In this document: positions 12,242-26,670 of the stretch, piece after piece
How positions within the stretch are numbered: the first letter of the stretch is position 1
Layout: each line of letters starts with the position of its first letter
Origin: Eledone cirrhosa
Taxonomy: Eukaryota
Assembly (NCBI GenBank): GCA_964016885.1
Contig: OZ024740.1
Coordinates: 286,812,001-286,876,000, forward strand
DNA length: 64,000 bases
Direction of reading: 5' to 3'
Made by a program: the position numbers and the translations under genes
Notes under the pieces: generated by a model
What the model was told of the DNA's origin: nothing
What the model saw: only the letters and a program-made list of their open reading frames with translations
Database searches by the model: none

Positions 12242-12306
12242 GTGGAATTTTTGAAAGTTATGTTCCTCCTGAAGGTGATGGTAAATCAACATTAATTTCT
12301 TCTGAG
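12242..12306 (+). CDS. MRPL45: MRPL45 (mitochondrial large ribosomal subunit protein mL45) internal coding exon
   Basis: ttttcAG|..|GTaatt; encodes GIFESYVPPEGDGKSTLISSE, the conserved 'YVPPEGD' motif of mL45. Confidence 0.92.
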
Positions 12307-14498
12307 GTAATTGACTAGTTTTTTTGGTTTTTTATATCAAATATTGTTCAAATATCTATTTTAGTATTAGGATATTTTCAGCTATAATTTTAAATAAGAA
12401 CTGTATGTTAAGTTTCTATCTTAGTAATGAAATAAATAATGTTAGTAAATCCCTCAAAATTCTTCATTAACTAATTGAAATACAATCATGAAAGGGTTAA
12501 GTGGAGGCTAATGTATTAAATATAATGCAACAGCAGCAAAAAAAATGTTTACCATTATTATCATCATCGTTGTTTTAACATCTGCTTTCCCTGCTTGCAA
12601 GGGTTAGATGGGTCTACATAGACCAAGTCAGTACTGAAGCAGAGCCACTGATCTCCCAGACAAGCCAGGGATCTATGCCTCCCTTATGTATGGTATCACA
12701 TTCCACCAAGTGCACAGGAGGGGTTGTTATGTTTTTGATACAATTGATGGTCCTTCTAGCCCTTTATTGTGCCAGATGTCTATAGCTGAATGGCCTTCCT
12801 ATCACCAACCACTTTACAGCATGTACTGGATGCATTTGTCATGTAGGTCACCAAACACTAGGGAGGCTGTCATGTCTTTGACATGACTGAAGGTCCTCCC
12901 AATCCTTAATGAATTACAATTACACCCATAATGAAGAGAAAAATCATTAACTTTAATGATTAATTCATGTCAAGACACAAAAGAAGCAAGTCCAAAATTT
13001 AAATTGATTCAAAGTTATATGGAGAAATAAGTGAAGAGTGAGACTCATCTTTGGTAGATATGACAACTCTGGACATGCTTTCTGTCTTATTATATCTCTT
13101 CAGCAAAGCAGATTCTTGCTAATATCTACATGATCCTAGGTAACTTGACAGAATAATAAAGATTTTGAATAGGAAACATTCGCTGATTTGGCTACTTAGA
13201 ATAATGAGAGCAGACAACCACAGCTGATACTGATGGAAAGTTAGTTGTTGGGGATTAAATTTCTGTAGGCTTTAGGAAATTGTGTAAAATAACTCAAAAT
13301 TTCAAAATGTTATAAACACTACTCCAATATCATAATGTGACTGGAATTACCAGTGACGTTTCTGATTTTAGATATATTCATTTTTTAATAGAAAGATATG
13401 CACATCTATGATAGTGATAATACTTTACCAATTTATCAGTGTAAAAATCAGGTCAAGTGTAATCATTTCAAAGATTCCAGTCACTAAGTACAATTGTTTT
13501 TACTCTTTATTAAAAATGTAATTTTTCCTATTGTTTGAATTTATCAGTTGTATTTTGACTAAAGGAACATTAAAATAAAATTCTATTGAACAATTGCTAT
13601 CAATAATCTTTGGTTGTTATTAATGAATCTTCTTGATATTAGAGAAATAATTCTTTTGTATTTTGTTTTGTTTTTTTTAATCAGAATGTTAAGAATTTTA
13701 GTATTAAATAGAAAATTGCAGAAATTATTTCTTAACATGTATATTTTAAACTACTATTTTTTCAGTAGATTTATCCTGGGTTCAATCAGTAATTTATCAT
13801 GTAATTAGTAATTAATTTTTTTTTTATTCAAAGGTATTTTTTAAATCTCTTTAACTAAGTCATAGTTATTAACTGTAAGTGTAATCAGTGGTTATAGTGA
13901 GATTCATTAAGATATTTCCTATATGTGCTGTTTGATAAGATTTGAAATTTTAAACTCTCTTCCATACATAATTGCATTATTAAATGAACATTAGGGCGGT
14001 GGATTGGCAGCATATGTTCAGAGTTCAAATCCCGCCGAGGTTAACTTTGCCTTTCATCCTTACGGGGTCGATAGAATAAAGTACCAGTAATACACTGGGG
14101 TGATTGCAGGCCTTGTGCCAAAAGTAGAAACAATTATTAAATGGAACATTGGAAGCAATGAAGTAGTAGAATCATTAGGGTATCAGACTAAATGCTTTAC
14201 AGCATTTAGTTACAGTCCTTTATGTTCTGAGTTCAAACCTGCCCAGGTCAACTTTGCCTTTCATCTATTTGGGGTCGATAAAATAAACTACCAGTCATGT
14301 ACTGAGATCATTATAATTAACTCTTCCTTCTTCCCCAAATAGTTGGTCTTATACCAAAATTAAAAACCATTATTAAATGGTGCATTTTCTCTTTCATGCA
14401 AAGTTGTTATATAAAGTTAATGAAATATAGGACTAAATCATTGGCAGAAATTTACTATATAACAATAATAAAAAGTAAATAATCTTGTCAGTTTTAAT

Positions 14499-14687
14499 AA
14501 TTGTTTCTACTTTTGGCACAAGGCCAGCGAAATACCCAGTACATTACTGGTACTTTATTTTATCGACCCCATAAGGATGAAAGGCAAAGTTAACCTCGGC
14601 GGGATTTGAACTCAGTCCGTAAAGGGACGTAACTGTGCTACAAAGCATGACGTCCAACCCTCTACCGATACTGCCAATCCACCACCC
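14499..14687 (-). mobile_element. SINE family A, full copy with TSD; other copies at ~3692, 13994, 20627, 21431, 21600, 36135, 39790, 41690, 61713
   Basis: B-box-like gagttcaaatcc; central 'gcctttcatcctta.ggggtcgataaaataaagtaccag' (resembles Meta/MESC-type SINE central domains); TSD ttgtcagttttaataat on both sides. Confidence 0.85.
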
Positions 14688-14974
14688 TTTGTCAGTTTTA
14701 ATAATGAGTGTTCCAGTTGTTTATTCAATAGAAAAGCCTACTTATTAAATTAACATATATGTAGTTGAGCATTCCACAGACATAGTATACCCATAACATT
14801 ATTCTGAGAGATAGTCAATAGTGCAGGGTGGAAGGATAGTACTCACCAGTGCCAGGAAGGGAAGGTGTAGTGATGGTGGATGGGGCATACGTGGGTGTGG
14901 AGAGAGTAGCTACTAGAGTTCGATAGTGAGCGTATCTAAGGGATTTAGAAGGAGCAGAGAAAAATCATTAGTTC

Positions 14975-15258
14975 AAATCCCACCGACAATTACTAATTTT
15001 GTCGCTTATTTTAAGATTCACTTCTTTAAAATTTTCAAATGTCAACACTTCATAAACAGTTATATATTTCCGTCAATGGATTACATTACTGATTACATAA
15101 GACAGTGTAACGCAGTCTTCGTTCAATTTCTGTGTATATTGTCAATTACGATTTTATTTGATGTATCATATCTACATGTATATATACTTGCGTATAATAT
15201 CAATATGCACACTACCCAGGCTAGCAGAAAACCACCTGAAGGGTGGTTTTTCTGCTAG
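14975..15258 (+). mobile_element. 5'-truncated non-autonomous Helitron (same family as 42236-42693)
   Basis: Reverse-complement match to 42236-42545; ends in a palindrome terminating CTAG|T. Confidence 0.75.
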
Positions 15259-15388
15259 TAATTTTAATAATAAAGAAAGCAGATGTTAAACGATGGTGAT
15301 GATTATGAATCTTAAGAGTGTGCAATTACTTTTATATTATTTTATTTTTGATTGGAACCATTACTATTTATAGAACTTTTCATTTCAG

Positions 15389-15540
15389 GGTGCCAAACAA
15401 AGGTTTAGTGGTCTTGAGAAAAAAGGAAAATCATTTTTAGATTTGCGTAAAATCAGAAAATATTTAGAAGGATTTGATGTTAAAGATTTTTCTCAGCAGG
15501 CACAAGATATAGTTATTGAAGCTCAGACTCTATTACAAGA
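15389..15540 (+). CDS. MRPL45: MRPL45 coding exon
   Basis: tttcAG|..|GTAAGT; GAKQRFSGLEKKGKSFLDLRKIRKYLEGFDVKDFSQQAQDIVIEAQTLLQ; phase fits the neighbouring exons. Confidence 0.92.
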
Positions 15541-15989
15541 GTAAGTGTGAAACATTTATTTATTTAAATTTAGTTATTGCCATCTACCCCTATTTAATCC
15601 CTAGCATGTTTGTATCATTTTACTTTGTTAAAATCTGAAAGTTTGTAATCCAGATAAATCCAACACCCCCCCAACATTTTCATATAACATATATTTTGCC
15701 ATTCCTGACTGTTGTTTCCCCTCTGATGAGAGTTTTCTTATTTTCAATGATTCTAAACTGTAAGGGTCATTCTATTTCCTATTTGTAGTCCCTGCCACTA
15801 ATAAAAAATATCTGTGAAATTTTAAGTAGCATCATATATGACTTGTAAATTTAATTAATTACACGTTTTAGCACCACCACCTGGCCACAGGGCTTTTAGT
15901 GGAGTTGACTCTGTGGCAAGCATTTAGTTTGAGGATATTTTCCCCACTCTTTCTTTTCACTGAAAAGTGTCATAGGTACTGCCTGTCTC

Positions 15990-16310
15990 TTTCTGACTTA
16001 CATGAAAAACATTGTTCACTTCTTACATTTATTTTGCTACTTTTACTCCACTGAGACAATTATAGAGTGTAGTTTTACTTTTGAATACTCTTCTGATATT
16101 ATATTGCTCACAGATGCATTGTATGTTCTCAAGCAGACTCTTACAATAAGACAGAGTCACAATAGATACCAGTTTTATCTTTACCTCATTCTTGTGAGTG
16201 GATGCAAGTGTTAAGCATTGTGGTGGGTATATATTTTTGAAAGAATGTTTTATTTGGGTGGTATATTGTTTATAAGCATTATTTGTAGACAAACTGGTTA
16301 AAATACATAT
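15990..16310 (-). mobile_element. Degraded Penelope-like element fragment (Penelope/Poseidon-type RT-EN linker)
   Basis: 'LSYCKSLLENIQCICEQYNIRRVFKSKTTLYNCLSGVK' resembles the LPY.KG.SE.I.R....NIR.VFK...TL...L..VK linker of PLEs. Confidence 0.55.
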
Positions 16311-16866
16311 AAAGTAAAGATTTATGAGATCAGTCTGAGCAAGACTGTGTGTGTATATTGCACCTGAAAGCAGATGAAGACTAAACCATTCAAAATTCCT
16401 TTTTATAATATCCTTTTTAAAAATATAGAAAAGATGTGGCTTATATTATAAGAAAAATGTTTTCATTGGTATTAATAATTCCTCTAAAATATGTATCCAT
16501 CATATTTCATCATTTCCATGATAAAATGTACTCAATACACTGTAAAGTCCAGGAACTTATGTAAGCAAGATGCAGGGCTCCAGTCCAACAACATATATAT
16601 ATTTTTTGAAAATATGATTCTTTGTTGCATTTTTCCTTTGGAATATTGTACAAATATATCAAATATAAAAGGCTCTGTCAATTTATCAATTTTAATTATG
16701 TCATTAGCTATGAACATATTCATTCATTGAAAGCAAGTCGAAAAACCACTAATGAGTTTTGTTCAGATTTAGAATATGTGTACTGTGAAAATGGAAATCA
16801 TATGATATGGGATAACAGTTCCCTGAATGTCAAAGAACAACATTAGAGTCTATGGTAAATGAAATA

Positions 16867-18035
16867 CGAGGTGGTATCAAAAAGTTCCTGGACTAGTTAT
16901 GTTTAAAAAAAACTAATATATTTATCTAAGTTTTAACATCATCTCCTTCGAAATAGTCACCTATTTACACTGGTTACAACATTCCTGCCACTTTTAGAAT
17001 CTGGCCTGGAAGTTGTTTTCTGTAAGCAGGTCGAGGACCTTTTGCGATTTGCTCTGGATCTCAGCAACGGTGTTAAAACAACGATCTTTGAGCTGCATTT
17101 CAGCTTGGAGAAGAGATGGAAGTCTGCAGGTGCTAAATCTGGTGAATAGGGTGGGTGCAGAAGTGATACAATGTTGTTTTTAGCGAGATATTTAGGAGTG
17201 AGGACAGCTCAGTGACAGGGTGCATTGACATCTTGAAGAATCCAATTCTTTGCGTTCCATAATTCCAGTTGCTTTCACAGAACATCCCCCCCTCAAACAC
17301 CTCAAAATGTTGCAGGAGAACTCTCAATTGATGGTCTGGCTCTGGGATGAATTCTCGAAAAAAAACAATGAGCATGCTCTTGATTGAGCTGCAGCTCTGT
17401 CGTGCCTTCTTCAGTCATGGAGATGACGGGCTTTTCCACTGTGTCAACTGCTGCTTTGTCACCGGAGCTGATCCTTGACATGAAGGATGAATCATCAGTG
17501 GCATGCTGACGGAATTCTTGACAGACTTCGACACAATGTTCTTTCTGCTCAGTGGTCAGCAAACAGGGGACAGACTTGGCAGCAACACACCATGTGTTCA
17601 ATTAAGACATTAGGATTGCCTGCACGAACCCATAACAGACCAACAACAGCAGCAGTATTGTTGATCGTCTTTCAGAGACATTCTTCTGCTTTTGAAGTGC
17701 TCGTACCTCCCCAAAACATTGCATATGACCCATTGCCTTATCGCTGTAAGCTTGCCAAAGCATGCTGTATGTCTCTGTAGTAGACTTCCTAAGTTGAACG
17801 CAAAATTTCACATTGGCTCTTTGTTCCAACTTTCTGTTCATGACAAAATTGCAGGCTACAGCATATATGTGATCACAAAAACACAAATTTCACAACTTGT
17901 GAAGTGAACACCTCAATGTCACTTGGCACACTGGCGCATGAAGGTCACTGATAGCTCTCACTGCGTGCGCAACTGTGTGTTGCCATCTGTTACTGCATTA
18001 CTGAACTAGTCCAAAAACTTGTTGATACCACCATG
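16867..18035 (-). mobile_element. Internally deleted, decayed mariner transposon
   Basis: TA-flanked TIRs (cgaggtggtatcaaaaagttc / aacttgttgataccaccatg); peptides 'EQRANVKFC','AAKSVPCLLT','HPPYSPDLAPADF'. Confidence 0.9.
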
Positions 18036-18203
18036 TAGCTGATGTATATAGTATAAACTGAGAATCCCATCAGTAAACCTAGCATAGTGTTCAGCTTAAT
18101 ATCACTGCTACTATTGAATAAGAATCAATATATTATTTGAATTGACAAATATATATTTAATTATTCATGTTTTGTTTTATTTTATTCACTGTTTTAATTA
18201 AAG

Positions 18204-18258
18204 CATCAAGAAAAATGAGGAGCGTTTACATGAGCTTGTGACCGAAAAGGCATATCCT
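18204..18258 (+). CDS. MRPL45: MRPL45 coding exon
   Basis: aAG|..|GTAAGT; (D)IKKNEERLHELVTEKAYP, matching mL45 'RLHxLVTE'. Confidence 0.88.
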
Positions 18259-18621
18259 GTAAGTATAGCAATTTTATAAACAAGTTACTTAAAAATATAT
18301 TGTGCTTCTGTGAGTGCATTCATGTGTGTATGTACTTTTGTGTATGAACATATATTCAGAGAGAGTGTTTGCTTATGAATAACTATACAAACACACACAC
18401 ATATATCATCATCATCTTCGTTTAACGTCCATCTTCCATGCTAGCATGGGTTAGATAGGAGTTGTCCCACTTGAGGCAAGGTAGGTCGGGTGACCGTGTC
18501 TCGCTCATATAGGACTATCTGGCAGGTTTTCTACGGCTGGATGCCCTTCCTAACGCCAACCACATTTACAGTGTGTATGTATATATATATATATATACAC
18601 ACACACACATATATTCATTTG

Positions 18622-18729
18622 TTATGTCTAAGTAGTAAGTCTTGTTACTCTGGAGTTTCACCTCGCAGGATCATGAAACAAGTGTGCAGGTGAAACTCCA
18701 GAGTAACAAGACATACTACTTAGCCATAA
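18622..18729. repeat. Hairpin with a 36-42 bp near-perfect stem and 24-nt loop
   Basis: 18628-18663 vs the reverse complement of 18688-18723: one mismatch in 36. Confidence 0.9.
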
Positions 18730-20264
18730 TATATCAATATTTAAATTCTACAGTTGGGCTGTCAGGTATAGTTGCTAAGATGCTAAAAATATGCGACATG
18801 AAAGCTCATATGCTAATCACATGCATTGTCAATAGGTAGTGCAAGATGGTGTCATATCCAATGACTGGTGTAGTAACAACTTTGTCAATTGCTACAAGTG
18901 CAAAGCATATGTTCTAGAAAGAGGTAACTATAGACGCTGATAGATCATGTCAGGAAAGTTACTGAAAGAGTTATAGCACAGTTGATTAGAAACAAAATTA
19001 GTCCAACCCATGCCAGCATGGAAATACGGATGTAAAATAGTGATGATGAGATACAGTTCAATTTTGTGCCAAGAAGAGGTGTTATGGATGCCCACTTAAG
19101 CCTCTATATCTAGCATTTAATGACCTGGAGAAGGCCTTTTTCTATGTATATCATCATCATTTTATATCCTTTTTTCCTGCTAGCAAGGATTGGATAGTTC
19201 ACCACAAATCAAGTTAATATATAATTGGAGCTACTGACATGGACAGGAACCACACATCTTACTTACATTTGTTCCTGTACTTTATAGAGTATAGTGGGTA
19301 GATTATATCATGGTATAAGCACCAAGGAGGTTGTCATGTCTTTCACATAACTAAAGAGTCCTTTGACCCTTTGTTTGACAAGTTTTTTACAGCTGGATGT
19401 CTCTTCTAATACTAACCCCTTTACAGTGTATACTGGGTGTGTATAATTAGGGGGATCTTAGAAATATATTTCAATATGGACCAAAAAAGGTTACAAATTA
19501 AAAAGAAATGGTTTAAGTATTGAACTTATATAGTGTTAATATAGCTGAATTGAAGATTTATTTGATTTTATTTCTTCTTTTTTTTTTTTTTTGTAAAATT
19601 TTACTCCTTTCATTATCGGAGCATTAAAGTATTTTTATTGATAACATGTATTTATTGCTAATATACAAATGAGAATTTTTTTTATTTAATATTATTTTAA
19701 ATTAATAACTATTTATATCTATTTTTTAAATTAGCATTGATTTCCTTAATTTCTATAAGTACCATGAATTTTTAAAAAAATTAAAATAATTATTTTATGT
19801 ATGTAATATTACCTCATGTTAAAGTGACCAAAGTATATTTCATTGAGCATGTTTTCCCTGCTAGCAGGTAAAACAGATGTTAAATGAAATGGATAAATAT
19901 AATATCCTACCAACCTCTTTACAATGTGTACTGGGTGTAGTGATCTACATGATAAATGCATTCAGTAAACTCTGTAAAGGGATCAATTATAAGGGCATCC
20001 AGCTGTAGAAAGCTTGTCAAACAAAGAGTTGTGAGGACCCTTCAATTGTGTCCAAGACATGACGTCTCTAGTGCTCGTGCCACAATAAAATGCATTCAGT
20101 AGGATATAGAACTGTATATAAGCGAGATGCAAATCTCTGATCTGTCTGAGAGGTCAGTAGCCCCGCTTCAGTACTGACTCAGTCAATGAAGGCCTCTCCA
20201 ACCCTTGCTAGCAAGGAAAGTGGATGCTAAATGATGATGATGTTTATATACGAATGTCATTGTG

Positions 20265-20607
20265 TCATCATCATCATCATCATTTCATTTTACGTCCACT
20301 TTTCCCTGCTTGCAAGGGTGGGACGGGAACTGATTCTGGCTTGATTTCTACAGCTGGATGCCCTTCCTAACACCAACCTCATTTACAGTGAGTGGTGGGT
20401 GCTTTTTTGCCGTGGCACCTCCACGACCACTTTGCAGTGGAATGATAAGGACCCCAGTCCCTATCATCTCATTTCTACAGCTGAGTAAACTGGAGCAATG
20501 TGAAATAAAGTGTCTTGCTCAAGGAAACAACACATCACCCAGTTTGAGAATTGAACTCACAACCTTTCGATTGCAAGGCCAATGCTCTAACCACTAAGCC
20601 ATGTGCG
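20265..20607 (-). mobile_element. tRNA-derived SINE family B (RTE-tailed)
   Basis: Reverse complement of 38113-38497. Confidence 0.85.
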
Positions 20608-20898
20608 TATTAATATATATATATATAATTGTTTCTACTATTGGCACAAGGCCAGCAATTACCCCAATACATTACTGGTACTTTATTTTATCGACCCCGT
20701 AAGGATGAAAGGCAAAGTTAACCTCGGCGGGATTTGAACTCCCACCATAAAGGGGTGTATCTCTATGCTGCAAAGCATGGCGTCCAACCTTCTACTGATA
20801 CTGCCAAAATGGCACAACAGCCTTTACTGATGCTGAAAAGGAAGGTGCATGGAAGTACTGTTATAAAAGATTAGTGTTGAATAAAAATAAAAATGCAC

Positions 20899-20941
<43 letters not shown>

Positions 20942-22308
20942 TTTATGTCGAACCAATAGAAAAACCAGCCATCCAAATTGAATTGACAACAGTACCTCTC
21001 CCTGACACAAAGCTGAAGCTGTATAGTTTTATTTTATTTTTAATTATCTAATATTAATTAATCTAGTTCATTTATTTTTCTATTTTATTTTATATAGTTA
21101 ATTATGAAACATAGAGGTTGGGAATAGTATTTATGATTGATAGAAGTTTGTACATTGTTTTATTCTGTAGTTGTTAAATATTTATGACTAACCAATGGAA
21201 CATTTAATTATATATACTGACATGTAGAAGTAATTAAATTAACACATGTGGGAGTAATTCTATATCTGGCAATTTTAAGATGTTAAATTAAGTCAATAAG
21301 CAAGAATGTTATTTTAAGTGAACAATTGTGATCAATGTATATTTAGTTTGTTAATATTCTTTTAGGTATCAAATGCTATAAAGACGTGACAGATGTTTCA
21401 TTTTTGTCTATATTATTTATTTTTATTCAGGGGCAGTGGATTGGCAGTATCGGTAGAGGGTCGGACGCCATGCTTTCCAGCATAGTTACGTCCCTTTACG
21501 ATCTGAGTTCATCCTTATGGGGTCGATAAAATAAAGTACCAGTAATGCACTGGGTAATTTCTGGCCTTGTGCCTAAAGTAGAAACTATTTATTTATTCAG
21601 CATAGAGTTACGCCCCTTTATGGTGTGAGTTCAAATCCCGCCGAGGTTAACTTTGCCTTTCATCCATACGGGGTCGATAAAATTTAAGTACCAGTAATAC
21701 ACTGGGATAATTGCTGGCTTTGTGCCAAAAGTAGAAACAATTATTTATTTATTCGACTAAATTCTCTTAAATATGAATATGCCGATGAATATTATTTATT
21801 GGCTTGCCTTATTTTATGATCATATCAAGTTTATATATCCCATAGTTGATGTAGTTGAATGCTCTATTCTATTGGGTCAATATATACTTAAAGATATAAT
21901 GTTAATTTTGATGTGAGATAAGTATTTGAATGTATTATATTTCTTCTGGAAGTGATTTTTAGACATAACCATTTTAAAAGAACGTATTATTGAGGTAAGA
22001 CAACTAAAACTGTTATTTATGTGATTGGTAGAGTATTGTTTACACTTGAATGCATTATTCATTGCTGAGGAGGGGCAGTGTAAGAACGGGTAAGAATGGG
22101 TGGGGTAGATAGAGGAGGGCGGTGCATATTAGATGTATGCTTCAATTCTTGCACATGGAAAGGCGGGTCTTCTCTATTATATCATTACACCCAACTCTAT
22201 ACAATAATAGCATTATATTTACATGATTGCTCACTTCCTTAGTAGATACACATTTTATAACAGAACCTAACTATTAACCTCTAACTTTTCATATGTTGCC
22301 TTACTCAG

Positions 22309-22458
22309 GAATTAACTCATGGACTTGATCTGAAAACTTGTTCCTGGAAATTTGTTGGTTCCCTTGAACCTCCTCGGGTAGTTCATGTTCGTGTGACTGA
22401 AATGTTAAGTAAAGAAAACCTTTATGCACAGATGACAGTTCGCTTACACACACAACAG
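22309..22458 (+). CDS. MRPL45: MRPL45 coding exon (Tim44-like domain)
   Basis: ctcAG|..|GTcagt; ELTHGLDLKTCSWKFVGSLEPPRVVHVRVTEMLSKENLYAQMTVRLHTQQ. Confidence 0.95.
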
Positions 22459-22554
22459 GTCAGTATTCTAAACTTATAATGGAATATGTCTTCTCTATTG
22501 GTTTCTTTAAAATATTGCTTTTATAAATATACATGTATTATATTTCTTTAAAAA

Positions 22555-22790
22555 TCACAAGATTAAAGACCACATACTGCAATAGCCTGGGATTCAAAGG
22601 ACCCCAGCTCTGTAATAAGCTGAGATATCTACATGCTGTACATGTAGATGTTTTCAAGAGACATCTAAACATGCTGTTGATCAAGATCCCAGATGAACCC
22701 ACAGCACAAAGTGAAGCACAAATAAGGGCAGCAACAACAAACTCCCTTTTGCATCAATGGCCAACCAAGGAAAGCTGGCTGTAGAAAGTG
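22555..22790 (+). mobile_element. CR1/L2-group LINE C-terminal fragment
   Basis: 'NSLGFKGPQLCN..VDVFKRHLNMLLIKIPDEPT..RAATTNSLLHQ', typical of the ORF2 end in this group. Confidence 0.65.
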
Positions 22791-22867
22791 TAACGTCAAT
22801 GATAATGCACCAGCATGTTCGCTGGTGCACGTAATAGAGTCATATATATATAATATATAATGTGGGT

Positions 22868-22910
<43 letters not shown>

Positions 22911-23067
22911 TTCGTTTAACGTCCATCTTCCACGCTAGCATGGGTTAGACGGATAATAAATATTACCCAATTAGAAGTATGAAAATAGCTCAATGTAAAA
23001 TATCAAGTATATTACAGAGCCAAAATACAATATAAATGACAATCAAAGATTATTTAAAACATTTAAT

Positions 23068-23114
23068 CACTTACAATCGTTTCATCCTAGCACAAGGCCG
23101 GGATCATCAGAGTA
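23068..23114 (-). ncRNA. Minimal type I hammerhead ribozyme motif (core intact)
   Basis: TACT-CTGATGA-TCCcGGC cttgt GCTaGGA-t-GAAAC gatt GTA-AGTG: both core boxes, stem II, short stem III, GUA cleavage triplet and stem I are present; one extra U precedes GAAA. Confidence 0.65.
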
Positions 23115-23440
23115 GATAATAAAAATCAAACACAAATATAATATCAGAACTTTGTCACAAGAACATTTGGAGAATACATAATATGGGAGGCTAGATAAGG
23201 ATAAGTATCAACATTTATATAAGATATAAGATAACAGAGTTGGAAGAGGCATAAGGAGAATAGGAGCAGATAAAAAAAGCATTAAAAATAAATAAAAAAC
23301 ATGCTGTTACAGAAATTGTAAAATATGCTGCTACAGAAAGGTTAAGTAGCAGCATTTATATGTTCCTCTTCTTATGCCTCTTCCGCCTCTGTTATTGTGT
23401 CAAAATTCTGATATTATATTTGTGTTTGACCTTTATTATC

Positions 23441-23487
23441 TACTCCGATGATTCCGGCCTTGTGCTAGGATGAAACGATTGTAAGTG
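23441..23487 (+). ncRNA. Second copy of the hammerhead motif (U4C core variant)
   Basis: TACT-CCGATGA-TTCCGGCCTTGTGCTAGGAT-GAAACGATTGTA-AGTG. Confidence 0.55.
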
Positions 23488-24100
23488 ATTAAATGTTTGA
23501 TGGTCATTTATATTTTATATTGTGTATATATATAAACACATACACACATAATCTACTGATATAATAGCCAATGTGTATTTGTCCATCACACGCATTAGAT
23601 GACTGAAGAAGGAAGGGGCGATGACAAACTACAGAAAGCAGCGACTAACATTGGCTGTTATAATTATGTGAGAGTTTGTGTGTATATTTGTCTTTGTATA
23701 AATTATATTTAAATATAATATTTGTGTGAGTGTATGTCTGTTAGTGTGTGTTTATTTAGAAAGGTACATACACAACAGAATTACAAACACATACACATCT
23801 ACACATACATATATATAAACAGACACACTTAGAAAGAAATAATTATTACATACATACATATCTATGTGGTGACTGAGGAAGGAGGAGAGTGAGAAACTAT
23901 AGAAGTCCAGTGTTCAAAGATTTGTCACACTTGTGTATGTATATGTGTAGCGAATTGACTACACACATTGTTTATATTACTTGAGTGAGTGAGCACAAAG
24001 GAACCAACCAAAAACCCAACAAACAGCACTCATTTATCTCTTTTTTATATTATGTATAGATATAACAATTAGCTGTTATACAGTATATATGATATATGTA

Positions 24101-24432
24101 TCATCATCATTTTACGTCCGCTTTTTCCCTGCTTGCAAGGGTGGGACGGGAACTGATTCTGGCTTGATTTCTACAGCTGGATGCCCTTCCTAACACCAAC
24201 CTCATTTACAGTGAGTGCTGGGTGCTTATTTTCCCTGGCACCTCCACGACCACTTTGCAGGGGAATGATAGGGACCCCAGTCCTATCATCTCATTTCTAC
24301 AGCTGAGTAAACTGGAGTAATGTGAAATAAAGTGTTTTGTTCAAGGAAGCAACACATCACTCGGTCTGAGAATTTAACTCACAACCTTTCGATTGCAAGC
24401 CCAATGCTCTAACCACTAAGCCATGTGCCTCC
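24101..24432 (-). mobile_element. tRNA-derived SINE family B (RTE-tailed)
   Basis: Reverse complement of 38113-38497; its head abuts the Tc1 TA site. Confidence 0.85.
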
Positions 24433-24440
24433 AATATATA

Positions 24441-25987
<1,547 letters not shown>

Positions 25988-26670
25988 TATATATATATAT
26001 ATATACATATATCATCATCATCTCAAAATTAATGATATTGCTCAAGAAAAATCTCATCAGGCTTTGTGATTACAGTTTTTACAATCATTTGAGACAATTG
26101 TAAATTTCCAACCGTGATATCCTAGATCTTAATACTGTAGTTACTGGGAAAATATGAGAGACTCATATTTTCTGTTATTGATAAATTGCCAGCTTCATGT
26201 AAAGCTATAGGCCCTTACTAGTAAACCTGTGGCATTAATAATGATGGCAATATCATTGATTGTATTTAATTTTGGAGTCCAGGATTGGTATGCCATATAT
26301 ATAAGGATTAGCAGAAATATGAACAATCAAGCAAACTGGGAAATTTGTGTTTTGATAAATTGATAGTTTGCATAAGAGAAACCTTATAATTTTAGTTAAT
26401 TACTGACATATGGAAGTGATTAAAGATAAGAATGATATTTCTAGGATATGGTTACATAAATGTTTGACATATGTACAAATGACATGCAGGATTAAATATA
26501 TGAGTAACATTGGAGAAATAACAATTCATAGAAAAAAATGTAGGATTAAAACCCAGGACCTTGAGATTGGAAAGTGAAAGTCTTTTTAATGACTGAGATA
26601 GGAAATGCCTTGGGTATGTTTGAGTGTGTAAATTCTAAAAGGTTACACCCACATGTATATATATAATAGA

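Larger units (their letters stand above)
23028..23515. repeat. ~490-bp foldback made of inverted Penelope-like terminal-repeat copies
   Basis: Left arm blocks (23030-23160, 23230-23275, 23325-23334) are reverse complements of right arm blocks (23346-23515). Confidence 0.85.

Noticed and set aside
26148-26172. 11-bp AT-rich hairpin
   Set aside because: Too short and AT-rich to distinguish from chance
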